Shown here piece by piece: positions 44,148 through 54,229 of a stretch of 64,000 nucleotides of DNA (position 1 is the stretch's first letter; every line of letters starts with the position of its first letter). Below the pieces are notes generated by a model. That model was not told where the DNA came from. It ran no database searches and saw only the letters and a list, made by a program, of their open reading frames with translations. The DNA is from Candidatus Poribacteria bacterium (lineage in GTDB: Bacteria > Poribacteria > WGA-4E > WGA-3G). The stretch spans positions 320,001 through 384,000 of the forward strand of contig CAXXUA010000003.1 in NCBI GenBank assembly GCA_963663765.2. Reading direction: 5' to 3'. A program made the translations under genes and the position numbers.

Positions 44148-45238
44148 CAGGACTTACGCACTATAATAGATTTGTGCTATACTATTCCATTATGATTACA
44201 TTTACACTTTCCGACAAGAAACAAAGTTTATATTCAGATTATTGTCAATTTTTGTTATCAAGTTTTACAAACTTTACACAAACCTATATGGCAGACCATA
44301 CTGATAAGTGGAGCCACGATCAAATCAATCGGTTTCTGAGCGGTGAAAACATCCCCGCGAATGAACTTTGGAACTCGGTCAAAAACGACATTGAGTTTGA
44401 TGATGATGGCTACATTGTTTTTGACGATGTTGTGCTACCTAAACTCTATGCGAAAGAGATTGAGGTCCTCCGTTCTCAGTGGAGTGGTAGCGACAAAAAA
44501 GTCGTTAAAGGCATTGGTATTGTGACGTGTATCTATGTCAATCCAAAGACAGAAGAGTATTGGATTATTGATTACCGTATTTATGACATAGATCATGATG
44601 GTAAAACCAAAATAGACCATTTACTGGAAATGTTGCACAACGCGTACTCTAAAAAACAGTTACCGTTTCGGACGGTGCTAATGGATACTTGGTATGCCTC
44701 CATGCAAGTTATGAAAGCGATTGAAAAACTTTCTAAGATTTACTACGTGCCCCTGAAACGAAATCGTCTTGTAAACGATACGGATGGCGAGCAACCGCAC
44801 CAACAAGTCCAAGACCTATCTTGGACCCGGACAGAAATCCGGCAAGGGAAAAGCGTGCACATCAAGAAGTTTCCAAAAGGGTATCAAGTCAAGTTGTTCC
44901 GGATAGCCTCCTCTACCGGGCGCACGGAATATATTGTGACAAACGATTTATCTCAATCGGATGCGGATGCGGCACACCAAGAATGTCGTATACGTTGGAA
45001 GATTGAACAACTCCATCGTGAGATCAAATAAGTCACGGGTATTGGCAAATGTCAATGTCGCAAGTTGCGTGCCCAAAGAAATCATATTGCCTGTTGTTTT
45101 CAAATATGGGTCTGTTTGAAACGTGTTGCGCGTAAACTTGGCAAAACAATTTATGAACTTAAACAAAGTTTATTGGATGATTATATGCGATATCAACTCT
45201 CAAATCCATCGATAATCTTTGAGACTGCGTAAGTCCTG
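44148..45238 (+). mobile_element. IS701-family insertion sequence (1091 bp)
   Basis: TIR CAGGACTTACGCA / TGCGTAAGTCCTG; 5-bp target duplication ACATT (44143-44147, 45239-45243); removal restores FYIKGSGY in Res. Confidence 0.92.
44192..45232 (+). pseudogene. IS701-family DDE transposase with internal stop
   Basis: FDD, MDTWYAS, RWKIEQLHREIK; TAA at 45029-45031, frame continues VTGIGKCQCR...ETA*. Confidence 0.85.
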
Positions 45239-47483
45239 ACATTAAAGGAAGTGGTTATAGCGAAGGTTCGCCCTTCCCTTGGCTTGTAAGCGATTTTGGC
45301 TTAGTTGACGCAATTGAAAGCGGTATTACAAAGATTCCGTGACTCCCAGTGAGCGATAATACTGGAAGACCTGAACCGAAATTTTTCCGCTTATGGAAAA
45401 CAATTAATGATGCGATTTTACCAGCAGAAAGATTGCCCGGTAGAGCGCGAAAGCCAAAACCAGAAGTCGTCTATCGAGAAGCTGAAGATGCACTGAGAAC
45501 ACTTGCAAGTCAGTGGAAGGAACGTTTTGGATATATTGAAGAAGCATCGGATGCACAAGATAAAACACCGCCAGTGCTGATTATTGTTTGCGACAATACT
45601 GATATTGCAAATTATTTTTACCAAAGGATTTCCGGAGAACGTGTGATTGAGGATATTGATGAAAACAATATAAATGGAAAGGGAAAGAAAAAGGCAAAGA
45701 CAAAAGTATCTTATAGACCAGGATCCGTATTTCCCGAACTGTTTTCTAATACTGAAACTGTAAAAAGAACATTGCGTATTGATAGCAAAATGCTTGCACA
45801 AGCGGAAAGTACTAATCCAAATCAGAGCAAATCACAAGCCGCAGAGGCACTCAGAGAAATTGTTGCAACAATAGGAAAGCCTGGAAGGCCAGGGGCACAG
45901 ATACGATGTGTTGTCTCAGTCGCAATGCTAAATGAGGGATGGGACGCAAACAATGTAACACATATTTTTGGGTTGCGTGCATTTACCAGTCAACTGCTCT
46001 GTGAACAGGTAGTCGGACGCGGGTTACGTAGAATGAATTATACACCAGATCCAGAAACAGGTTTGCTTACCGAGGAATATGTTGATGTTTACGGTATTCC
46101 TTTTTCTGTTATTCCATTCAGAGGTAGACGTACAAAGGCACCCGAACCGGACGACAGACCAAAGAATCATGTCCGGTCAATGTCAGGAAGGAAGCATTTT
46201 GAGATCAGATTTCCGGTTGTGGAAGGTTATGCCTTTGCACTTCAAAAAAACGAAATTAAAGCAGACATTAAATCTATGGAACCGCTCCGCCTTGATTTAG
46301 AACATACCCCAACAGACGTTTTTGTAAAAGCTGCAGTCGGATATCAAATTGGGCAAACTACCACTTTAGGTCCTGGCGAATTTACTTCGCAGAATCGCCA
46401 AGAATACTATAAGACAACACATATTCAGACAATTAAATTTGAGATTGCAGGACAAATTGTCTGGAGATTAGTCGGTGATAGTGAAACCGTCCCTGACCCA
46501 CAGAGCAATCCGGGACTTAGACTAAGATCACGTCACAGGTTATTTCCACAAGTATTTAAGTTAGTTGATAACTATATTGAGACTAAAGTAGATTTCCGAG
46601 GCTGTGACGAGTGTGAACTCGGTCTTGAAAAATATGTAGCACTGATTGTTGAACGGCTTGTAGCAGCAATCCAACCCGATGAAACAGAAGGTGAAACGCC
46701 ACTGTTGCCTATTTTGAATCGCTACAAATCAGTCGGAACATCTGCAGCTGTGGATTTCTTCACTACCCGCGCGTGTCATGGAACACAACGTAGCCAAGTA
46801 AATCAAGTTGTATTAGATACGCAGAAATGGGAACGTTCAGCATGTTTTTGGTTGGAGGAATCTAATGCAGTAAAATACTATGTGCGGAACGACCATCTTG
46901 GGTTAACTATCCCTTATGAGTACTTGGGGATTACACACCACTATGAACCTGATTTTATAGTGAGGCTTCAGAACAGAGTCAACTTACTTTTGGAAACCAA
47001 GGGCTATGCTCCAGAGCAGACTCGCGCGAAACATGCAGGTGCCAAGCGATGGGTTTCTGCGGTAAACAACTGGAATCGGGAAAAACTCGGAGAACCAGAA
47101 CAGCGTGGCCCCTGGGCATTTTATGAATGCTTAGATTCACAGGAATTGCGGCATCATTTACCAGCTATTTTAGATCGGAGAATTTCGTTGGTAAGTTAAA
47201 GAGACATATACTGAAACAGCATTATAATAATTTTCATTGAGAAAGGACTGAAAACGACAAATTGCAGATATGTATAACAAAGTATAAATATTATAGTTAA
47301 ATCCAAAAATATGTATACACTCACTGGTAATACCTTCGCCATTTTTGAGTGCTTCAGTTGAATGAACATGTCATGCTGATCCAGCATTGATCTGTGCTAT
47401 AGTAGGATTACAAGAATAAGAATAACTTCAGGTTTTTGTTGAAGCATCATTAATTATCAAAGGTTCTAATTTAACATTAGGCA

Positions 47484-47567
47484 TGCACAATCTGGAAGAA
47501 TGTGCTACCAAGATGCACAATCTGGCAGATTGTGCTACAGTTACCCACACAATCAGGAAGAATGTCT
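47484..47567. repeat. REP-like tandem palindromes
   Basis: GCACAATCTGG(A/C)AGA(A/T)TGTGCTAC twice plus a degenerate third copy. Confidence 0.55.
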
Positions 47568-47770
47568 ATTATTGACGAAGGTATTGGTTTATAGAACGAC
47601 GTTATCACCCTCTCTTGAGTTCCATAGGAACGACATAGAAGGTTAAACATATCGTCCCTACGGGACTGAAGAGTATGGTTGATATTAACAATATTTCCTT
47701 ATGTTGACACATATCGGTCTCTGTGCCCGCGATCTCTCATTTAATCAGTTTCGGCGGGGCACAGAGACCC

Positions 47771-48419
47771 CATAGGTGTCAACTTAAGAAAAAGTCAAGT
47801 GCTAAATACCCATCCCGGTAGGCGTGCTTTGTAAGTGCGCCGATAAACCCAGGATTGGCAACGGCGCACTTACAAAGCACGCCTGCAGGGGAGTGCGGGG
47901 GAGTGCGGGGCGCGCTTACAAAGCACGCCTGCAGGGGAGTGCCGGTGAGTGCGGGGCGCGCTTACAAAGCACGCCTGCAGGAGAGTGCGGGTAAGTGCGG
48001 GGTGCGCTTACAAAGCACGCCTGCAGGGGAGTGCGGGTGAGTGTGCGGGGCGCGCTTACAAAGCACGCCTGCAGGGGAGTACCGGTGAGTGCGGGGCGCG
48101 CTTACAAAGCACACCTGCAGGGGAGTGCCGGTGAGTGCGGGTGAGTGCGGGTGAGTGCGGGGCGCGCTTACAAAGCACCAAATCAACGGTATGAATGCGC
48201 GTATGGCATTCACCGCCTGCAGGGGAGTGCCGGTGAGTGCGGGGCGCGCTTACAAAGCACCAAATCAACGGTATGAATGCGCGTATGGCATTCCCCGCCT
48301 GCAGGGGAGTGCGGGTGAGTGCAGGGCGCGCTTACAAAGCACGCCTACCTTGAGTGAGAAAATCGGGATTTCAAGGTTTCCCTCCTACAATAATATGAAT
48401 CGCTAAATTGACACCTATG
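47771..48419. mobile_element. MITE containing an expanded REP-like array
   Basis: TIR CATAGGTGTCAACTTA / TAAATTGACACCTATG; flanking 19-bp direct repeat CGGCGGGGCACAGAGA(C/T)CC. Confidence 0.7.
47818..48348. repeat. GC-rich tandem array of about 46-bp units
   Basis: About 9 copies of GCTTACAAAGCAC(GCCTGCAGGGGAGT), preceded by an inverted GTAGGCGTGCTTTGTAAG arm. Confidence 0.85.
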
Positions 48420-48589
48420 CGGCGGGGCACAGAGATCCCGCCCTACAATGAAGAATGAGTAGTTTGTGCAAAAATTTTACACACCCTTAACGAATAAAAT
48501 GGTTGCTTGTTTTGTTAAAATGTGTTATACTCGTTTTGTCCGCTAAAACGTGATAGAATTGTTAATTTGATTTTCATGTAGGGAACATC

Positions 48590-49042
48590 ATGGACGAAGA
48601 ACGCCAAAATTCAGATGAAAACCAAGAAAAACTCTATGAACAGTACATTAAGCAGGACGAAGAGCTTTCTAAGCGCGATCTGTCAAATGTTGAGAATCTT
48701 GACAAAGCAATTCTCTCGTTGTCAAGTGCGGGTTTAGGTTTGTCGTTGGTATTCATAAGAAACGTAGTTAAACTGGCAGAAGCCTCACATGTGTGGTTAC
48801 TACACCTCTCTTGGTTGATGTTCGTTCTCGCTATTATTTCTACGCTCTCGTCCTATCTTTTTGGACAACGTGCTTTAGATAAGCAGCGCGAATTCAATGA
48901 AAAGTACTATCTGGAAGGCGACGAAGATGCTGGACAGCAAAAGTCCTTTGCCTCACGTGCAACAGGTGTTCTAAGTTATGTTTCTGTCTTTGCCTATATT
49001 GCTGCTGTTATTTGTACAGCCTTCTTCATTGGATGGAATTAA
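48590..49042 (+). CDS. Hypothetical membrane protein (3 TM)
   Basis: DKAILSLSSAGLGLSLVF and two further hydrophobic helices. Confidence 0.65.
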   Translation: MDEERQNSDENQEKLYEQYIKQDEELSKRDLSNVENLDKAILSLSSAGLGLSLVFIRNVVKLAEASHVWLLHLSWLMFVLAIISTLSSYLFGQRALDKQREFNEKYYLEGDEDAGQQKSFASRATGVLSYVSVFAYIAAVICTAFFIGWN

Positions 49043-49116
49043 AAAGACTTATGCAAATCAATAGTTGTAGAGTAGTGCTAAAAATTCACACACATAAGAA
49101 TTAAAGGAGTTATATC

Positions 49117-49296
49117 ATGTCATATAAGAGAACCACAACTACAAAAACTAAGATCAATCAAATATTAGAAGCAGCTGGTCCAAGAATACCACCCCGGAAA
49201 CCGCCAGCGAAACCAGCGCAACCTTCACGGCCATCAAAACCTACTTCTCCTAAGCCTACTCAACCTTCTAAGCCACCTAAACCGTCTAAAAAGTAG
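49117..49296 (+). CDS. Small Pro/Lys-rich protein (59 aa, absent from the ORF track)
   Basis: AAGGAG RBS; MSYKRTTTTKTKINQILEAAGPRIPPRKPPAKPAQPSRPSKPTSPKPTQPSKPPKPSKK. Confidence 0.55.
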   Translation: MSYKRTTTTKTKINQILEAAGPRIPPRKPPAKPAQPSRPSKPTSPKPTQPSKPPKPSKK

Positions 49297-49334
49297 GGGC
49301 AATCTACACAACAAAACAAAGCTCCTTTTGCAAA

Positions 49335-49516
49335 GGGTGTGTAAAGTTTTGGTAACTGTGCGTAGGGGCGGGGTCTCCCTGGCCGAACCGAGGTTTTATG
49401 CGGGCGAGGAAACCTCGCCCCTACGAGGTCCACAGTTCTCTAACGTCAAGCAAACTTGATAGAAGTTGGACGGACTTCTTTTTATATCAGGGTTTCTACA
49501 AAAACTTTACACACCC
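49335..49516. mobile_element. MITE enclosing a REP-like pair
   Basis: TIR GGGTGTGTAAAGTTTT / AAAACTTTACACACCC; 10-bp duplication CTTTTGCAAA; inner GTAGGGGCG...CGCCCCTAC. Confidence 0.75.
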
Positions 49517-49595
49517 CTTTTGCAAAAAGCTCGTTGTTTCGCAATAATGTTTTCCGAGATGTCAGAAAACTGAAATTCTTATATGTCAATGCAGA

Positions 49596-50789
49596 ATGAA
49601 ATCAAACACAAACAAAGAATCTCACAACTACTTCTTACCACCACAAATCGCATTCGGGGAAGGTGCAATCACAAACTTGGCAGATTATGTCAAGACATTC
49701 GGTGGCAAAAAACCTTTTGTCGTTAGCGATGCTGGTATCCAAGAAGTTGGAATATTAGAACAAACACTTGCGTCATTGGTAGCAGAAAATATTCCTTATG
49801 CTACTTTTGTGGAAATTGAACCGAACCCCACAGATATTAGCATCGTAAAAGGTGTGGAAGTTTATCAGAAAGAGCAATGCGATGTTGTCATTGCTGTCGG
49901 TGGTGGGAGTGTGATGGATGCAGCCAAAACAATCCGTCTCTTGACAACACACGCACCACCCTTAGAGCCATACTATGTAGATTCAGATGGTGTAAATAAG
50001 ATCCGTGGTGATATGCCACCTTTGATATGTGTACCCACAACCGCAGGCACTGGCAGCGAAGTCTCACAAGGTGCAGTGATTACCGATACCTCATTACAGA
50101 CAACTAACCGATGGAGGAAACGCGCAATTGTCTCACGGTATAATATGGCAGACATTGCGCTCCTTGACCCAACCCTAACTATAAAGATGCCACCAGCACT
50201 GACCGCAGCGACAGGCATGGACGCGATCACACATGGAATTGAAGCGTACGTCGCAACAAAATATCACCCAATTGCAGAAGGTGTCGCACTGCAAGCCCTA
50301 AAAATGTTAGGAGCAAATATCCGAAAAGTTCATCACGACAGCAATGATATTGACGCAAGGGGTGAGATGTTATTAGCATCGTGTATGGCAGCGTTTTCAT
50401 TTCAGAAAGGACTCGGAGCAGTTCACTCAATTGCACACCAGTTGTCAACAGAAGCACCTATCCCACACGGTGTCGCTAACGCAATCCTATTACCACATGT
50501 AATGGAATTTAACCTTCCACATGTAATTGACAAATACGCCGATGTTGCAGATGCGTTAGATGTTAATATAGATGGCATGTCTAAAGGTGAAGCAGCGTGC
50601 GCAGCAATTGACGAGATACGCACATTGAACGAGGAACTCAATATACCAAATGGACTTGGTGAGGCGGGGTTAGACAGAGAAAAGATACCAAAACTCGCAG
50701 CAGATGCAATGCTTGACCACTGCCACAAATTCAATCCGAGACAATGCACACAAAAGGATATGGAAAACTTACTTGAAGCTGCATTCTAA
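49596..50789 (+). CDS. Iron-containing alcohol dehydrogenase
   Basis: AVGGGSVMD, PTTAGTGSE, DAITH, HSIAH, PHGVAN. Confidence 0.92.
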   Translation: MKSNTNKESHNYFLPPQIAFGEGAITNLADYVKTFGGKKPFVVSDAGIQEVGILEQTLASLVAENIPYATFVEIEPNPTDISIVKGVEVYQKEQCDVVIAVGGGSVMDAAKTIRLLTTHAPPLEPYYVDSDGVNKIRGDMPPLICVPTTAGTGSEVSQGAVITDTSLQTTNRWRKRAIVSRYNMADIALLDPTLTIKMPPALTAATGMDAITHGIEAYVATKYHPIAEGVALQALKMLGANIRKVHHDSNDIDARGEMLLASCMAAFSFQKGLGAVHSIAHQLSTEAPIPHGVANAILLPHVMEFNLPHVIDKYADVADALDVNIDGMSKGEAACAAIDEIRTLNEELNIPNGLGEAGLDREKIPKLAADAMLDHCHKFNPRQCTQKDMENLLEAAF

Positions 50790-50928
50790 CTGCACCAACT
50801 TAATTGGAAAAGAATAATAGAATCTGTTTGCATACTTCCTCATTTTGAACGCTTAAAATGAGAATTTTAACGAATAAAAAAATATAAATTGTTTATAGTG
50901 AAATATACAATTAAGTTTACACTTGTTC

Positions 50929-51490
50929 TGTAGGTGCGATCTCCTAATCGAGACTGAATGCCTTGATAATCGGGAATCGGAGTTCCCTCATACAATACAC
51001 ACAATACCAAGATTTCTGTAGGAGCGACCTCCTAATCAAGACTGAACGTCTTGATAGTCGGGAATCGGAGTTCCCTCATACAATACACAAGATTTCTGTA
51101 GGAGCGATCTCCGATTCAAGACTGAACGACTTGATAGTCGGAAATCGGAGTTCCCTCATACAATACACACAATACACAAGATTTCTGTAGGAGCGATCTC
51201 CGATTCAAGACTGAACGACTTGATAGTCGGGAATCGGAGTTCCCTCATACAATACAAACAATACAGTCGGGAATCGGAGTTCCCTCCTACAATACACACA
51301 ATATAGTCGGGAATCGGAGTTCCCTCATACAATACACAAGACTTCTGTAGGAGCGATCTCCTAATCAAGACTGAACGCCTTGATAGTCGGGAATCGGAGT
51401 TCCCTCCTACAATACACACAATATAGTCGGGAATCGGAGTTCCCTCCTACAATACACACAATATAGTCGGGAATCGGAGTTCCCTCCTAC
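50929..51490. repeat. REP/BIME-like tandem array
   Basis: About 9 copies of CGGGAATCGGAGTTCCCTC(C/A)TAC in 40-bp and 80-90-bp units, about 5 GTAGGAGCGATCTCC arms. Confidence 0.85.
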
Positions 51491-51554
51491 ACCTGAAAGT
51501 GTAAAAATAATTCTAAAATCCACTATAATGCGTAAGAAAGACAGAAAGGTTTTG

Positions 51555-53777
51555 TTAGGGGGATATGTTGATTGGCACAATCCATCCCTTTGTATCCGCA
51601 GGTTTATACACATTATTCTGCAGATAATCGGAGGTGTGCCATAAACACAGACTTTTACCATCAGGCATCCAGACAATTGAGGCGAGTTCCATGGATGTTC
51701 GAGCAATCGGATATTTCTTCCTGCTGTCCAAATCATACACCCAAACCTTCCAATGTAGACCCGCACAGTCTTCACGTTCAAAGTATGCTAACAGATTTTC
51801 CGTTGGAGACCAGGCTGGGGCAGTGTGTTTAAGAATTTGGTATTTTGACGATTCTGTCGGAATTTTGGCAATGTAAAGCCGTTTATCAAGAAGCGGATCG
51901 GGACGATTGCTTCCAGATAGCACATAAGCAAGTTGTGAACCATCTGATGACCAGCGCAACTGATTGATACGTTGGTGTTGGGTGGAAATCTGTTCTAAAC
52001 GTTCACCCGCAGCAGTTTGGATTCGGATCGCAGCATAACGCGCAGTTCCGTTGCTGACTTGTTGATCTTGCATTACATCAAAAGCGAGTCGTTTTCCATC
52101 AGGTGACCATGCAGGGGCACGCGAATAGGTATCCGTATACACGGAACCTTTGAATAGGACCCGCGCAACAAGCCCACCACCACTGCCGTCACTATTGATC
52201 CGATAAATAGCATCATACCCTTTTTCGCGACGTCTAAATGCTAATTGATTTGCAGTAGATGACCAAGCAGGTGCTGCACCTTGAACCAATTTCCTGACAC
52301 GTCCCAATTCCCAATCAACTGTATGAATATATTTAGCATCACCCACCGTTGCCTCAAAAGCAATCAGACGACTATCCAACGACCAAGAAACATGTGGATT
52401 GTAAAAAGCACCCTCATGAAGTTTGCGTGCTTTCTGCCCATCCTTATCCATAATCCAAAGCTCGCTTGCCTTCCAATATCTTCCACCTAATTCGGTTCTT
52501 TTTAACATTGCAACGAGTTTACCATCTGGACTCCAATACGGATATTCCGCACCACTCACAAGATGAATCATCCGTGGAGTACCACAGTAGTTGACATTGA
52601 ATAGAACGCCATCTGTTTCCGAGAATTCTCCAAAAGTAAATCTATCTAACCAGACACTCGACTTGTTCGGTAACTCTACTTGAAACCTATCCTGTGTGGA
52701 CTGGAGAATTGGCAACTCCGTGCCATCATTCAAACGGAACAACGGAGAAGTTCCCTCTTTTTCGGCATACACTGGGGCATTATCACGCGTAACGATACCA
52801 TGTTTGCGTGTATCAGATGCAACAGGTGAGCTTTCTGTTGTGTTGGTAAAAGCATAGATATTACCATCAGTCGCAGTACCGTATAGGACTCCGTCGGAGA
52901 TTGCTGGGGCTGCGTTGACCGCACCTGCTGTTTGATAGGACCATGCCTCTGTTTTAGACGAAATGTCAATTGCCTGAATTTTTCCGTTTCTTGCCCCTAT
53001 ATAAACAAACCCGTTTGCAATTACTGGCAAACTCTCACTACCATCCGTATAAGAACGCCAATGAACAGCGTTATGTTGTGGAAGGATAGGACGAAATTCA
53101 GCATTATCGCAGCCATATTCTATTCCATTAATTCTAACGGTGCGTTGTCGTTCAGACTTCAATTGACCAGTAATCGCATCCAACATGTAGATCTTTGAAG
53201 GAAAAGCACCCGTATAGACAACTCTATCATAAACAACTGGCGGTGAATCCATCCATCCCTTGGTTTTGAAGTCCCAAAGCAGATCTCCTGTTTTCGCATC
53301 CAGCGCGTAAAACTTGTTGTCCCGCGTACTAAAGTAAACGCGTCCACCCCATATCGCAGCGGAAAAACGAATCGCACTCTTTGCATTGAAAACCCATTTG
53401 ATACCCCACTTTTTAGCATCTAAAGCGTATAACTTGCCATCTGATGAACCGACATAAAGAATACCATCTGCTATAACCGGTGAGGCAGTCAGGGGTCCAC
53501 CTGTCTTGAATTTCCATAGCAATCGGAACGGGGGTTTAAGTATCTGATCCGGACTCTTACCAGAGAACTGAAAGTCATGCATAAACATGTGCCAATCTTC
53601 AGCACGTAGAGGCGTGATGGGAGGAGAAATCTCTGCTGTAGGAGAACCGTCTTTCTGTTTAGATGAAGGTGTATTCTGTGCTTTATCGTCCGTATTACAA
53701 CCCGATAGCAAAAGCAACGTAACAAAAAGAGAAAATAAGGATGCTAAAATGGTTCTAAAATATGTAGTTTGAGGCAT
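51555..53777 (-). CDS. Lipoprotein with PQQ-like beta-propeller, SH3-like segment and TolB/PD40 propeller
   Basis: Lipobox LSGC; GKLYALDA...W repeats; WSPDG repeats. Confidence 0.8.
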   Translation of the reverse strand: MPQTTYFRTILASLFSLFVTLLLLSGCNTDDKAQNTPSSKQKDGSPTAEISPPITPLRAEDWHMFMHDFQFSGKSPDQILKPPFRLLWKFKTGGPLTASPVIADGILYVGSSDGKLYALDAKKWGIKWVFNAKSAIRFSAAIWGGRVYFSTRDNKFYALDAKTGDLLWDFKTKGWMDSPPVVYDRVVYTGAFPSKIYMLDAITGQLKSERQRTVRINGIEYGCDNAEFRPILPQHNAVHWRSYTDGSESLPVIANGFVYIGARNGKIQAIDISSKTEAWSYQTAGAVNAAPAISDGVLYGTATDGNIYAFTNTTESSPVASDTRKHGIVTRDNAPVYAEKEGTSPLFRLNDGTELPILQSTQDRFQVELPNKSSVWLDRFTFGEFSETDGVLFNVNYCGTPRMIHLVSGAEYPYWSPDGKLVAMLKRTELGGRYWKASELWIMDKDGQKARKLHEGAFYNPHVSWSLDSRLIAFEATVGDAKYIHTVDWELGRVRKLVQGAAPAWSSTANQLAFRRREKGYDAIYRINSDGSGGGLVARVLFKGSVYTDTYSRAPAWSPDGKRLAFDVMQDQQVSNGTARYAAIRIQTAAGERLEQISTQHQRINQLRWSSDGSQLAYVLSGSNRPDPLLDKRLYIAKIPTESSKYQILKHTAPAWSPTENLLAYFEREDCAGLHWKVWVYDLDSRKKYPIARTSMELASIVWMPDGKSLCLWHTSDYLQNNVYKPADTKGWIVPINISP

Positions 53778-53887
53778 GGTTTTGCAAGTAACTTGTATGT
53801 ATAGAATTCTTGATATAACGAAAATCCGTTACCAATAATATAACATGTGGACATCTATGTGTCAAGGATGTACAAAGTTCTTTCAAG

Positions 53888-53968
53888 GTTATTGCAAAAA
53901 CAGTTATTTTCTTTCCACCCGATGAGGTAAGTTTTGTTACGAGACAGTTTTTCATTGATGGCGGATAG
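53888..53968 (+). pseudogene. Possible SDR C-terminal remnant
   Basis: VIAKTVIFFPPDEVSFVTRQFFIDGG* resembles the SDR tail IA..V.FLASDE.SFVTG....DGG. Confidence 0.35.
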
Positions 53969-54072
53969 ATCGCTGGCAACCACTAACTCCCAATTTGATG
54001 GTGTGTTGAAAAGTCATATTTGGACTTTATTAAAAAAACAAATTAGATACAGAAATTTTGTTGAAAATATTA

Positions 54073-54102
54073 TTGACATATTTTTTGCCATTATGTTATC
54101 AT
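54073..54102 (+). promoter_or_regulatory. Putative sigma70 promoter of the 54-64 kb cluster
   Basis: TTGACA-18-TATCAT with extended -10 TG. Confidence 0.45.
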
Positions 54103-54229
54103 ATCATTTATAATTTACAGTTATTGTTTACACACTGAATTTAGGTTGACCTTCTTGTTGACCTTCTTGTTGATAGATCCAAAATTTATTGAAGGGCAAA
54201 GAAGACAACAATTGGATGTCGGTACTGAT

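Larger units (their letters stand above)
43080..47199 (+). pseudogene. Type III restriction endonuclease Res subunit, IS-interrupted with nonsense codon
   Basis: MATGSGKT, NDEGHH, SATP before the IS; EGWD, QVVGRGLR, YEPDF...LETKG after it; TGA at 45340-45342. Confidence 0.85.

Noticed and set aside
38336-47199. Stop-codon reassignment or programmed readthrough
   Set aside because: The stops are mixed TAA and TGA, confined to one decaying island, and both codons end normal genes elsewhere in the window
47818-48348. Possible CRISPR array
   Set aside because: Inter-repeat segments are near-identical low-complexity GAGTGCGG variants rather than unique spacers; no cas genes nearby
47855-48406. 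Short ORFs across the GC-rich array, and similar ORFs at 35700-35960 and 50963-51781
   Set aside because: Translations of repeat DNA with no RBS or protein-like content
50929-51490. Possible CRISPR array
   Set aside because: Spacers repeat each other and units carry GTAG/CTAC REP ends
54145-54173. 12-bp tandem repeat GTTGACCTTCTT upstream of the 54-64 kb cluster as an operator
   Set aside because: Only about 2.4 copies with no regulator nearby; equally explained by slippage
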